Shown: positions 37,826 through 51,806, counted from the stretch's first letter. The stretch: DNA of 64,000 bases from Tubulanus polymorphus (GCF_964204645.1 NC_134026.1:12795950-12859949), one strand, 5' to 3'. The notes: generated by a model not told the origin, from the sequence alone. A program made the numbers and translations.

Positions 37826-38117
37826 TGTAACGGATGAAACTCCAGGGCCAAAAAACCCAATTCCTTTTCGGACACAAAATCCAGGGGCGAACTACACCCA
37901 CAAAACTAATGACAACACCAGACGTATACTATTAGAACGAACGTACATTTATGAAAGTACCGTGGCTGGGACTGGCTATGGTCAGTAACAGACATTTATA
38001 TAGGTTCAGTTTATAGGAGTCATTCAAGTATACTAATTCATTCTGAACGGACTGATGTCAGTAAACCATACATACACTTTACATACAGTAACTATACAAT
38101 ACAATCACTGGGTAACA
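37826..38117 (-). repeat. Putative 3' LTR of the Gypsy element
   Basis: - strand TGTTAC...GTTACA, preceded by the polypurine tract agagtgaggg; internal TATATAAA. Confidence 0.65.
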
Positions 38118-38268
38118 CCCTCACTCTAAAAAGATTCAAGGATGTATTTTTTGAAAATAACATGTACACACGTTCTAGAAAATCTGACAATGCTATAAAT
38201 TAATACAGATTCAATCTTCAAATCATAATGATTTGGAAGATACAGCACACATTAATTTTAAAGTAAGA

Positions 38269-40200
38269 TTACGTGCGCGAAAGGGCATCTGAAACAACAT
38301 TACAGCGTCTTTTGATACGTCTTATGTCTAAATCATACGACTGCAGTATCACACTCCAAGCCATGAGACACTTATTCTTGTTCTGCATCTTGTACAAGAA
38401 AGTTAATGTAAATATAACTACTGGAAAGATTTTCATACTTGCATAGACATCAAAATGTTCCAAAGCTAAGATTATAGACAGGCATTCCTTCTCAATTGTC
38501 GAGTTATTTTTCTGCGCGGCTACAAACTTTGAAAAGAAGCATAAAGAATGTTCCAAACCGTCGTCATCATCTTGAGCTAAAACTGCGCCTGCACCCAAAT
38601 CACTGGCGTCAACTGAAAGCTTAAATTGTTTATCGAAATTTGGAGCTGGGAGAAAAGGAGTTGACATCAATAAATGTATTGTTAATTGAAAAAGATTTCT
38701 CACAAGTTTCACTCCACTCAAATTGTGCATTCTTTTTCACTAACTGTGTTAAAGAAACAGGGACTTGTGTGAAATTTTTACAAAACTGTCTGTTGTATCC
38801 CGCCATTCCTAAAAAACGCATGATGTCACGCTTGTTAGAAGGTGGTGAATACATCTTAAAGTTCTTCAACAGTTTATGGGCTTAAAATAGATTTCAACCT
38901 TCATGTTATACATTAAATATTCTTAGCCTCCTTGAATGTGCCCTCTATTTTAATCATCATTATCCTTTTTTACGCCTTGGGTAGGTATCCGTAGGTACCC
39001 AGTGGTGGAATTGATGATATTGTGAGCATATACTTTTCCTAATATCAACTAAGAAATGCTCAGAATGCACCTAAATGCATCTCATTTTCAAAGCTTAGAC
39101 CAGACCCCCTTTTTGGTGAATTGCACCTGCGGCCCTTTCTCCAAAAGCTAGATTCTGAATATTTATCTAAATTGCTTAATGGCATTCTTCATTTATTTCA
39201 GGTCTGCCCCCCCCCCTCCGTTCTTACAGCTCTACAAAGTGTCTTCCAGTTTGGATTCGCTTGCCCGATTCCCTGTTATAAATAGCGACATATGCTTCTG
39301 ATTTGCAGTGGTATGTGACAATATAAACCGTAGCGAAAGTGGCTTTTTTGGCTGGAAAGTGGACCATTTATAATAATAATAATAATCAACAGAAATACAA
39401 GAGTAATATTAAATTAAATATTTCTTACCGAGTCTTAGACTGATCTAGCTCTTCAACAATAATGCAACAATCCTGACAAAACTTGCCCCTTTGATAAACT
39501 TTGTGGCTATACAACTAAACCAGAATTCGTGTGATTTTTATATCAGGAAAGTACCCACATTGTTTGAGTAAAAATCACCAGTTTCCCCTGAGATAGGATA
39601 AAACATCAGGATTTCTCTGTATGACTACTGCTTATTCAGGGAAAAGACATTAACAGAAGGACTTATCCAACAGGAACTGAACCACAGAAATGTCATTTCA
39701 GTGCTCAGTAATTACAACAAAGGTAAAATTCAATATATGAAATAAAATAAATATCTCTAAAATAAAACTAATTCTACACATATCTCAAATAACAGAATTA
39801 ACTATAAAAACATTGTTTTGACAGTCAACAAATTAACTTCATCTGTATCTAGCCATCTTTTTAGATTAGTTTCAATGGACCTCTTACTTGGTGACCAAAC
39901 ACCAACTCAAAAGGACTAAAACCCAGAGAATTTTGAACCGCTTCTCACATAGCAAAAAATAGAAATGGTACTGCTTCATCCCAATCTATGTCATGTTGTG
40001 TACTATATGTTCAAAGTATGTTTTTGGGGTTTGGTGGAAACGTTCAAGAGACCCTGAGATTCTGGGTGATGAACACTAGAAATATTTTGTTTAATTCCTA
40101 ACTGATACATAACCTGTTGGAATATATACCTATAATATATATCAGACTGCACCGATGTCGGTACCCCAAACAGTGTTAAAGAATTTAACACTGATTTTTC
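38269..40200 (-). pseudogene. Ty3/Gypsy pol fragments in INT-RT-RNase H order (Gmr1-like)
   Basis: Integrase at 39860-40200 (FGVP..VQSD, HPESQG, GFSPFELVFG) lies upstream of RT/RH at 38269-38880 (RFLGMAGY, VDASDLGAGAVL, STIEKECL, NVVSDALSRT*). Confidence 0.85.
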
Positions 40201-40369
40201 AAATTTCCATTTGGGAAAATTGAAAAATCACCAATGAAGTACTTGGGAATCTTAAATTCATTTAACTGTGGGAACCATGGTCTGTGATTTCTGGTTCTCA
40301 CCCCGCTTATTCTTTTTCTGAGGAGAAAAACATGTACTTAGAGTATGACCAGATTTTTGGTTTACCTTA

Positions 40370-40706
40370 AGGCGGGCGTAGGTCGGCCTTCGACGGCTTG
40401 CGACTCACTACGACGCGACTCGCTGCGACCGCCAGCGACGAGCGCGTTGCAACGAGCAACTGACCTACGCTACCTTGCGACTGCCAGCGACGGGTTGCGA
40501 CTGCCAGCGGCGCCAGTCGCAATGAGTCACACATGTTCTACTTTCTGCGACGCGACGCGACCGTCGCAACCGATATACGCGCGCTTGCGACTGGGAGCAA
40601 CTAGTCGCACACAGTCGCTGACAATCGCGTCGCATCCGACTTGCGCGGCCACTTGTGACGCAACGCGATGACCACGTCAGGTCGCAAGGCCGACCTACGC
40701 CCGGCT
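40370..40706. mobile_element. PIF/Harbinger-like MITE with TTA TSD
   Basis: tta|AGGCGGGCGTAGGTCGGCCT ... AGGCCGACCTACGCCCGGCT|tta; GC-rich gcgac-repeat body. Confidence 0.85.
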
Positions 40707-43221
40707 TTAGGACCACAGTAGGTAGTACACGTTGCCCTATTGTTATCGTGAAATCCATCACGTCTAACGATTACGTCCGTGTAACGCCACATACGCGTCT
40801 GAAACTTTCACAGTCGCTTATATATGAAACATAGAAGTTTGAGTTCGTATATGGTGAATTTTTGTTACTTGGTTAATTGAATATTGCCGAAATGAAAAAA
40901 TTTAAACTCTTAAGTAGTGCCGCCCCTGTCAAGAAGAAAACCTGTGTTAGTCCGCACTTAAAATAGTGCCACGCATACATTTTTGAAATAGCGATTTACA
41001 TAGGCATATTCTCTGACTTGAAGGCATATTCTTGACTGATGTATTTTGTCGTTTCGTGGTCGAAAGTTGGGTATTTTCTTGGTGTGTGTGTGTGAGTCAG
41101 CGGATTAATTGAAATGTTTACATATTGGTGATATGGACCTCAGGCACTTGAATATGGGCTTTGACCTTGTTGGTAAAAATGATAAAATTTACCGTAATCT
41201 ACGCTAAAACACCACCGGGGTTGCCATCTTAATCATCCATGATGCAACTGTTTTACCCATGATCCAATGCACACCCCTCGTCTAACTATACTATACAGAA
41301 AGGCTGGAAACGATCCTATCTCTGTAATGCTTAAATCTACCCGCAATTATTAAATGACATGGTTTCCAGAGCAATGGCTCTTTTACTGTGCAACTGAGCA
41401 TATATTCATACAAATTCATTAAAGCATTATCCATTCTCCAAACTCTACGTAGCTGAATTTTGAAAGAGGGCCTCGTTTAAATTTATATGAGCTTTTTCGC
41501 GAATATCTGATCGCAAAAATATTGGTTTTGAAAAGCCAATCAGAAGGCAAAGACTCCTCTATGATTGGCTTAGCCGCAGAAATCAGCAGGTGTTCACGTG
41601 AACCCCCGGTATCGTCTACCGTTTTACTTCCAGGTTTTATTTTTAGATCTTAATTTGTATTTAAAGATCAATTTCTCTGAAAGCTTTAGTTGATTTGGTT
41701 TTTGGGAGGAATATTTTTATGAGCACTACAGAAAACATCATTGACCATTGTGCAAAGTCCGGAAAAAATAGCTTTTTCTTAAATGGATAGATGACCTTGA
41801 TATGCTAATTAGCCATGTGCTCAAACTACAAATACAATCAAATTCTATTCAGCAAAAAAATATTAAATCCAATTTAATTTTACTTTATTGAACAAATTTC
41901 TGAAAATTCAATTCTATTCCGCATTAAAATCAGTAAGACCAGGGGAAAAGATTTATCTGAGGTATTTTTTCTTGCCAGATCCAGTCCCTGTCTGTGCTAC
42001 TTTTGTATTCTACGATTGATTGTGTAAATTATTAGGTATTGACTCTCAGCTGAGAGTGTATTTTGACAAATTTAACCCACAGAATGCATCATCATTTGCC
42101 ATTTCATGGAAAGCTGACAGGCTGGCCATAGTGCCCCTTGGGGCTCTTGTTGCAGATCGCAGTACGTCGAGCAACACTGAAAACTCTCTTACTATTACCA
42201 TAAAGTAAAATGATTAATCGTCATTAATTCTTTGGACTTTCCCGTTAGCAATCCGTTCTTAGAGCCCGATTATGTGTATTTAGTTTTGGCACAGTTATGA
42301 GAGCGTGCGTCAATAACATTAGTTACAGTCCTGTCGGCAATATCACTTTATACACACGGTTTTCACCGTGTATGTATCAGTAATAGATATTGCGCTCTAC
42401 GGAGCGAGTCGCGCGTAGTCTACAATCCACACGCTTGTTTTGTCAAAAAGGTCTTGAATTAGCAGAAGAAACATTATTCACAACTCTTAATATAAAAAAA
42501 TTTTCCTATTGTGAAACCATTAAAAACATTTAAGTTGGTAAACATAATTTTGTCAGTAAGTTGTTTTAAACTCGAATGTGGCCGGTTTAGTTTCAGATTC
42601 GAAATTTTCACAAATATCCCACCCGATTATAAAAGCTTTAACCACCAACGATTAGGTAACTAGCTTGTCAGTAACGTGCCTACGCCCTCATCGTAGTTGT
42701 TTTTAATTGTATCATTCTCCTGGCTCTATCAAGTCATAAATTCCCATAATCATTCTTTCGAACAAGAATGCTAATGAGACTGCTGGAAAATATTCATTCT
42801 GTTCCACTTGGTCGATGGTTAGACTAGCTCCAGGCCCTAAGAGTACAGCTAGCAGCTGGCCTTTGGTTCAGTCTGTGAAAAGCTTCAAAACAATGGTATA
42901 AACACACGGATGTGAAGCTTGTACCCCATGGACTTCATGGTCATTGGCCTATGTCATGGGTTCTTGGCGATTGTGCCGAGAGCAGACTGTATCCGGTGGT
43001 ATGCTAAGTATAACTTGATAGTGTATGGATTTAACATGCACCGATGGCTAAAATGATACCTTCGTTTCACAACCCTTCTAATCGTATCTTAGGCAATATC
43101 AATCCTTACCGCAACGTTTTTGTTGATTTTGTTGATCGAGCTTACATATTTCATGTCTCAGGACCTTGAGTCCTCTAGTTTTCAAACTTGCAGGGATGCT
43201 AACTGCTCCGTTTTGCCTTAA

Positions 43222-44149
43222 CCCTTACAATACCACAACCGTATGGCATACGGTACAAATTGGCAAGCTAGGATACCCGTACCGTATGTGATACGGTATC
43301 GCTTAACCCTTCTTCTAGAAAGGCATATCTATCAGTATCAGCTGGTGCATCTGCATAGAATCCAAGATGGCAACAGCCAGGAAAAAAACAATTTGGCTGG
43401 ATGAAACGGTTCAGTAGCTCGAAGTAACGAATATGACAGCAGCAGTTCAGATGATCAGACTTAGTCAGAAAATAGGTTTATAGTGCCGGCAATAATTTTG
43501 ATGATGAAAATGAAATCAGTGACAATTTTTTTAGACCCTGTTGATACGGTTGTCATGGCAACGGACACCAATAATAATGAAGAACCAGAAACTGTCCCTC
43601 CTCAAGGTCACATATATCCAACTATTTGTCTTATATGTAAGCCCAAAGGTTATCAACACCATGGTATACAATGTATCTGTGTCAAATAGATAGGTAACAA
43701 TTTTCTGAGGCCTGAAATTATACCCCAATGAAACCCCTTACATCCGGCCTTCCGTCCTATCGGTGGAAAAGTGGGTAAATGAGTGGAAAAATAAATTTTT
43801 TAGTTGTTCTATTCTTTTACTACATAAAATAAGGATATATGGCATACTATTTCAGTTGGAATTGAATAGATCATTGCATTTTGCTGGGAAACAGAGCAGT
43901 TTATCTGAAACTTTTTCGTGAATTTTTTTCATGGCGGCCATCTTGGAGTATGTGACCTTGACCTCAAGTTCACTTATACCCACATAATTTATGTATACTT
44001 CGTTGGCCTAAAAGTTATCAACAACATGCTATATAATTTTTCTGTGTCAGATACCTTGGTAACTATTCTATGAAGCCTCAAATATACCCCTATAAACCCT
44101 TAAATTTCCTCCGGTACAGCAGCGGAGACACTATGTGGTATTGAAAGGG
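43222..44149 (+). mobile_element. piggyBac-like non-autonomous element with TTAA TSD
   Basis: TTAA|CCCTTACAATACCACA ... TGTGGTATTGAAAGGG|TTAA. Confidence 0.85.
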
Positions 44150-44659
44150 TTAAAGGGCGAATGCCATCAAAATTGTACTTTCTGCGATTTCTTAACCAGA
44201 AGAAACTTCAGTAGAAGAAACTGATGAGAATATAATTATTTCACGTATCTGCCATAGGTATTGTTTCATTTTGATAGCCTGCGATTGTTTTAATTGACAT
44301 TGAAGTGTAAGCGAGCATTCACCAACTCATAAGGCCTCCACGTGCGCTTGAGCGCTAATAATTTTTACACAAGGGCTTGTCATGATTTGATGGGAGGATG
44401 GATGACACCAGTATCCCCATATAAAAAAGAATAGGGATACTGGTGTCATCCATCTTCCATCAAATTGTGACAAGCCCCTGTGCATTTTTAGACTGTTGCA
44501 CATACACATGACTACGTCATGAAGGTTATAAGATGGTAGTGAGTCGATGACGTCATTTTCGTGTCGCCACTTATAACTTGTTGGTGGGAGTTCAGAGGAA
44601 GATTTGTCAAACAAATGAATATTTTAATATTATTAATGCAGAGTGTGAAGTTTCGCTTT

Positions 44660-44950
44660 TTGGTTTACCTTTGTCAGCGATATGATGTTGGCATTGAGCC
44701 ATTTCATATAAAATCGCGGTATGTTTTTTTATGTGAGCATTTGTTTCATTGGTTCTCGGCTTAAACGACGTATAATCGATGCGATTGAAGACATGGCGAA
44801 CCTCCGTCGATGACATGGTCAACTGAATTAAAATTCTACGAAAAACTGTTTTTGGCAGGAAAATTCTTAGCTCTCGTGTATAAAATTGCAATGACCTCGA
44901 TTGGGGGGCATCGTCCTATGAGCGAATGGGATGGGCTGTTTAGAGATACA
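44660..44950. repeat. Dispersed repeat
   Basis: Matches 63410-63700; 44205-44350 matches 63800-63930. Confidence 0.8.
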
Positions 44951-44952
44951 TC

Positions 44953-45780
44953 AATTCAATTCAAATCAATTTATTCATCATAAAAAACAGACAAGTTTGT
45001 TGATGATACATGAATTAAAGGATTACAATATAACACATTTAACATGATAAAATATGGATTATATACATAATGAAAAACCGACGTAATACTTTCAAATGAG
45101 GTTAACGCAAATAACAATTTACATTATCATTATCAATCAGATGTTGACATTACGAGTCGTATTAAAATGACACTACTGTTTAATTAATTATTTAATACAT
45201 TGATTGGTGTATTTCGCCACATTCAGTAAATCACTACCAGTACTTATTTGGTTATTAAAAACAGCTGACAATTCTTCAAGATTATTTATATTTATCATAT
45301 ACATATCACGTTGAATGGAAAATTTATTGCACCTAAACAGGAAATGTTCTTCATTTTCTACTAATTGACAACTTGCACAAAGACGATCGTTGGGCTCTAG
45401 ACCTAAATGTCTCCCTTTTTCAATCATAAGTCCATGCGAAGAAGTCCTCAATTTGCAAACAGATGATCTCATAGAAAAGTTTTTAATACATATTAAGTAT
45501 TTTTCCAGATAGAAGCCTTTTTTGATTTTGTTATAGAAGATGTATCTGCTGTGATTAATGTCGTTAATTTCAGATTTCCAATAGGCTATAAAATGATTTT
45601 GTAATGACACTTTTACCAGGTTAATATTTCCTCTAAAGTTATCCCAAATATGCGAGAGCTGCAATATATACAGAAGTTCTTTAATACCTGACTGATAATT
45701 GTTAGGCTTATCTATATCACCTATACTATCCAGGAATGATATATGTACAAGCGATTCATTTTTTGATGAACTCATAATGG
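44953..45780 (-). mobile_element. 5'-truncated LINE 3' end (RTE-X-like)
   Basis: KLRTSSHGLMIEKGR..LCASC..ENEEHFLFRC C-terminal Zn motif; AATAAA followed by a (TTGAA)n tail. Confidence 0.8.
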
Positions 45781-48700
45781 AGCACCAATATATCACGACT
45801 AGCGTATTGAATGGCGGCGCCATGTTTAAGCTGCGCGTGTATCATTGAATAGTGGAATTACAGGGTGGAATTATCTTGATTGTATCCATATGAAGTTTAT
45901 TAAAGGTTAGTGTCAACAAATGGTCCATTACAGTCCCTCTAATTTATGTGGAGAGATGCTCTTAACCTGCAAAACCGTGGTGTGTTTCGTGTTATCATTG
46001 ACCTACGTGGTGACTGACCTTGACCTTGCAGCACGTCCTAGTGTGATGGTTTTCTGACGATTATTAGCTAGTACGGTGCCAGGTATGGCTCGCAGCTGCT
46101 GGTGAATGAGTGCTGACATCAACCCGGTGCATACCGGGAGTGGGCAGGAAAGAGTTAAAAAAGGTACCTACTGTCTGACATTCTACTGAAAAATTCCGGA
46201 TTGATTCACCGCATAGTTTTTTCATAGGGAGCATTTTAGTATATGAATCAATTAAGATGATTGACAGACGTGGGTGCGGTTGTATCAGGTGTTGAAGACG
46301 TTCGATGTAAACAATAATTTCAACCACATGCGCGACGAAAACAGGGACATCGAACTAAGAAGCGCTGAATTTTTTAATTACATGTGATTTGAATAGGCAT
46401 CTGTGCTGGTTTTTCAAAAAGCTGAATCTTAATTGACTCCTCCTATTGCATAGGCCTAAGCCAGGACTTCTGGAATTGAATTGAATTCCACATAGTTATT
46501 CTTATTCGCCTGTAATTTGCGATGAATCTTTTTGAAAATTAGCTTGAAGATTGGGTCTGGCGAGATGTCCACCCCTATTGGAAAAAAAGGTCATTGGTGT
46601 TCAAGTATGGCTGCCATTGGGGTGGCCATCTTGAATTTCTTGTTTGCCGATGCAACCCGCAATTCTTGATGGATTTCCACAAAATTTGGTGTGAGGATCA
46701 GGGTCAAGCTGTCCATGCCTTATGTATATGGAGGTCATCGACCTTCAAATATGGCCACCAGGTCAGCCATCTTGAATTTCTAGCACGGAATCGCCTGCAA
46801 TTCTTGATGCATTTCCAGGATACTAGGTGAAAGAATTTTGGTAGGTGAAATGTCTACTCTTTATTGAAAATTGAGTTCAAGTATGGCCACCATGGTTGCC
46901 ATTCTTCTTGGATTTCTTTTCAGCACGATGCCTACACCAATTCTTGATGCATTTTTTCATGTAATGTGATCTTTGGGGCAGCTAAAATGGGCTTGTCTTT
47001 TCATGTAAAGATATATTAACAGAAAATGAACATTGTCGCCACATAGCTTATACCTCTTAACTATTTTAAAACTTGTTACATCGTTACAATGTAAATCATT
47101 CTGTAAAACATTGAATACTAAATCATTCTTCTTCTACTGCGTCATGAAGGTACAAGGCCCGTGGGCCTCTTGTTATCTCTATTTAATGATGTTAGCACCT
47201 GTCAAACATAGTGAAATAATAGTAACATTATATTCATAACAATAAACTGTGCCGCGGCGTAGACACCCTATAGTGGTATTCCCATTATTCAACACACTAG
47301 GGTGGAATTTTTCAAATTTTCAAATTATCTCCAGGACTATAGGGTAATGATTAGTCAGCATTGAAAGGGTTAATGATCGGTTGCGAACAGACACGCGGGT
47401 GGCAACTGTAGTAATGTATATAGGCCTACTGCTGTTGCCGCGCGCGTACGTGGTGAGCACCTTAAGATGTACACTGTGTGATGATTTTTAGTGAGCATTC
47501 ATCGGCGCATTTTAACTGCAATAATTCAGGGGTCGACCCGTATTGCATGAGATGCTGATTGTTATAGAATGAGGATGTGCCACATTGGAAATAGCCATTA
47601 CCTTCCAAAAGATAAAAGGTCGTTCATGGGTTCAAGATCGCTATAAGTGCTCGGAGAATGCTTTTAATTTCTAAAATTTTCTTGGGGGAGGCCCCAAACC
47701 CCCCTAAAATTGCTTCGCACCTTTGGCGCTCGCGAGTTCTGATGGCTGCGCCTTTACCTTGTTCGCCTGTGTGAATCTACAAAGAAACTGCGGATTTCAA
47801 AGTTAGGCGTTCTCGCAGTTTCATTGGCTATCGTGTTGAATATACCATTATGGAAATTATAGGATGGGAAGGATTGGGCAATTACTCAATACTTTGTAGG
47901 GAAGTTAGATATGGCCTCTGCGCTGACACTATTTTGTTATTGAACCAGATCGTTACATTGAAATAAACTAAACTAAAAACGCAATAATACCTTTATAGAA
48001 CAAATAATCAATTTATTTTCACAATTCCTCAAAGAATTTTTCAGGATGTCGGGAAAATAGGACTACTTTTGCTGTGGGAAATGTCCGTTAAATGGTAATA
48101 GACAACATCACAGAAACCCTGGAAACATGTATTTGTTTTCACTGATGACATCTCATGCATCCACTCACTACTAAACTCTCTCCTACCATATGGACTCTAT
48201 GGTCCTCTTGTTTTGTCATTAGTCAATGCTGGAAAATGGGCCTCAGATGCGTCAAAAACCCCTTGAAATTTCAAAATATTTTGGGGAGAGGGCCCAAAAC
48301 AAGTCTTAGCCGGGACTATGCAACTGAACCCAGGCACTTATTGATCTTAAACTTGACCAGGGGAGCCTCTAAAATATCACCATTGACCCCCAACTTTCTA
48401 GCAATAGGTTAGTTTAGTGAGAAATAACCAAAGTTTGATTTGATTTGGCTTAAACCAGAACTTATGATTATTACATGCATTCTGAGGCTTTTTGGTTTAC
48501 CTTTGTTAGCCATATTGAAGTTGGCATTGAGCCAAATATGTAAAATCGCAGTACGTTTTTAGGCCAGTGGTAGGCTGAGCCTATTACTATACAAATGGAG
48601 CAAATTTAAATATCATGTTTTCCAGAGTAAAGGCTCTTTGACTGTGCAACTGAGCATATATTCTTACTAATCATTCATCAAAGCATTATCCATTCTCCAA

Positions 48701-49761
48701 CCCCTATGAAGCTGAATTTTGAAAGAGGGCCTTGTCAAAATTTGTATGACCTTTTTCGCGAAAATCTGATCACAAAAATATCTGTTTAAAAAGCCAATCA
48801 GAAAGCAAAGACTCCTCTATGATTGGCTTAGTCGCAGAGATCAGCAGGTGTTCACGTGAACGATATACGATTGAATAGGTTGATATTCATCATTTCTTGC
48901 GCAAATACTGATACTTAAGGCGTATGGTATAACAATTTAATGTGTGCGATGTGTTCAATAATTCATCTAGTTTTGATATTCCATGCATAAGGTAACATTG
49001 CATCAAGATATCTAACGAAAATGTGGTTTTAAAATGCAGAAATTTACTTACGTGTTCGCCACACGGCTGATTTACTGATAGCATCGGATTTTTAGAGATG
49101 AGTCTGATATATACACGACTGGAATACTTGTTTAATCATCATTAACTGAAGTATTAGCGATCCGTTTTGGAGCTTGATTATGAGTATTAGTTTGTTAACT
49201 ACGGCACAGTGATGAGCGTTCGCGTTGAAAACAGTCGTGTACAGTCGCGTAGGCAATATCGCAATATACTCTCGTGTTCAATGTCGTGAAATTATTAAAA
49301 ACGATGTCAATCGATAAACTTTGTTTCATCAGTAACCGGCACTGGCCTCAAATTTGAAGAACTTGTAGAGCTTCTGTAATGATTGGTCCATATATGATAA
49401 TGAAAAACCTCCAATGAAACCCAGGCCTTCACCAAGTTTGTACCGTATCTTAGCGGGTCACTCATAGTTTTAGTTGTTTCAGGTCGTTCAAGGGATGTAT
49501 TAGAATTTTGAACATTTGTTCTGACAAAAGGCCCATAATCAATTATTGGAATATATCATTCTCCTGTAGTCAGTTATCATCAAAAGTTCACACTGACCAA
49601 AATTGAGTCCTTTTCATATATTTTTTTCTTGTTTAATTGTCAATAAAATGAATTTTTGCGTACCAGTAGGCTACTTGACAGATTTTTAACTTCCCCACAC
49701 CAGTTTGGCGAGCCACTGGACCATTGGTCCTTTATTAACAATTATGGTGGTCTCTTTTCAG

Positions 49762-49886
49762 CGGTGGTATATCTCTTAAAATGAGTAAAGACATGGATAA
49801 AATGCGAGCTGATATGGGTGGTGGAGCATGTGTTGTTGGAGCATTTCTTTCATTAGCTAAATTGAAAGTACCCATTAATGTAAAAG
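49762..49886 (+). CDS. LAP3: LAP3-like exon (catalytic domain); gene continues beyond the window
   Basis: cttttcag| ... |gtagga; [42 protein letters not shown]; in frame with the previous exon. Confidence 0.95.
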
Positions 49887-50168
49887 GTAGGAACAATGCA
49901 GCATAACAATGTCATGTTAACAATTCTTATTGCATGTACTGTAGCACCACTCACCAAACAACTAAGTGTGTCCACTATTATGGTTACTTATACCTTGGAG
50001 TAATCATTTGACTGGAGAGAGCTCGCCTATTCATTTCGCGCAGCGTATCATAGTTGCAGTCAATCATCGCGCACCTGCTACACAGTGGGCGGGGATTCCA
50101 CTTCGGCAATTTCCGTCAGCACTCGGCGTAACTCGGCGCTTAGCAACTAGTAAATAACACTGGACAAA

Positions 50169-51733
50169 ATGGCGAATGATAACATAGCGTACGGGTTTAG
50201 TCAATCTGATTTTGAGAATAATTCCGAATCTGAAGACAGTGATATTTCGAATTTATTTGAAATTTACTGTTCATGTAAGTCTCAAGAATTGGACGATATA
50301 ATTGCGTGCGAATCACATGCTTGCAGCACAGTTTGGTATCATATGCCATGTGTGCCGAATTTGAAAAAACGATTGGACGAGAACGCCGGAGTTTTTCTGT
50401 GTTCCAATTGCAAAAAAGGTTGGTCGTTGCAATTTTGTGTCTCTCCATCTGGATCTAATCATCTTCACGAAATAATCGTTTGTAAGTACAGATATTTTAT
50501 TCTTTCTTGTAGGGCAAGCTGCTGAACACACTGTTCTGAAAGACTCCTCAAATTCGATAAAGGATGACAAAGTCAAAGAGCTTCAAGTAAAATCTCAGAA
50601 GAAATCAAATGTTCCAACAGTAAAGAAACGAAAAAAAGAACTCAGAACTTTCAGAGTAAGTATTCCCGCATGGTGATTTAAAATAATTATTTTTTGCATT
50701 AATAATAATTTAATATTAATAATTAATTGCTCTATATAATATATAATAATAATATTTTAACATCATATTATTTCATTTTCAGACAAGGCAAAATATTCAT
50801 TGAGTGAGCTCCAACAGGAAAAAATTCAGCTATTTTGTGATGCTGTAAAGGATATTCTTAACTCGGATATAAATAATTCGGAACTTTTGGAAAATGCTAC
50901 CACAGTTTTAAAATTAACTGAAAACCCGAATTATAAAGACACTTGTTAACAGAACTTTTGGAAAAAATTTGGATTGCTGTGACAGCGGGAGACAATAAAA
51001 CACAGTTTCCAAAAAAACAAATCGCAGTCTTTTCGAAATTTCATGAAGTAGCTACTTTGGCACCAGCCATGAATTTTATACAAAGGTTCAAAACAGCATC
51101 AGAAACTCCTTCCATGGGTAGTGACCATTTTCTCATACAGATAATTCTTGAAAATCTTCTTAAAGAAATTCTGAAAAAAGGTACACAAATCCTGATAAAC
51201 AATCACTGGAAATAAATGCAGGTAATTTGACCTTGACAGAGACTGAAAAGCAAGTCGTGTACTATTTGGGTGGTTATGTATGTGCCAAGCTGATTAATCA
51301 CTACAGAAAATGTAAAAATCAACATGCACATATATTTACGAACTTATTAAAGTTATGGGAAGTGTCTCCGGGAGTGTCAAGTACACAAAATTTCATGGTA
51401 TATACCAAGAAATGGACAGAAATTGTGAACAGGGGGGGTTTATTCGAGATGTCAGCGACTGCATACAGGTTCTTTGAAACGTTAGAAACCATTATTAATC
51501 CAATCTTAAAGACAAATAATGTTATGAGACTTCGTCAAGATTTGCGTTCAAATGTTGAAGAGACAGTTTTGAATGACGATTCAATACTAACAAGCTGGTC
51601 ATTACTAGTGGCAAATACAGAATGTGATTCAATTAAAGATTCGTTGTTAGCTAAAGTGGTTGACTGCTGGGTTACAGTGCGACTTCATGCTTTCAGTCGC
51701 GCGTACATGTACCTGTCACAGAAAGATGGTTAA
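50169..51733 (+). pseudogene. Transposon accessory gene: PHD finger plus YxxGYV/RGGL domain, three exons, frameshifted
   Basis: YCSC..IIAC....C...WYH..C....FLCSNC (exon 50169-50418), exon 50513-50655, exon from 50783 with VVYYLGGYVCAKL..WTEIVNRGGL. Confidence 0.72.
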
Positions 51734-51806
51734 ACTGCCAAAAAACGAGAAAAATGTTTAAGAAAAAATTAAAAACTCAGAATGAGTGTCATTGAATTTT
51801 TACCAT

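Noticed and set aside
40345-40792. Overlapping GC-rich ORFs (also 58623-58911)
   Set aside because: These are by-products of the gcgac-rich MITE body and contain no protein motifs.
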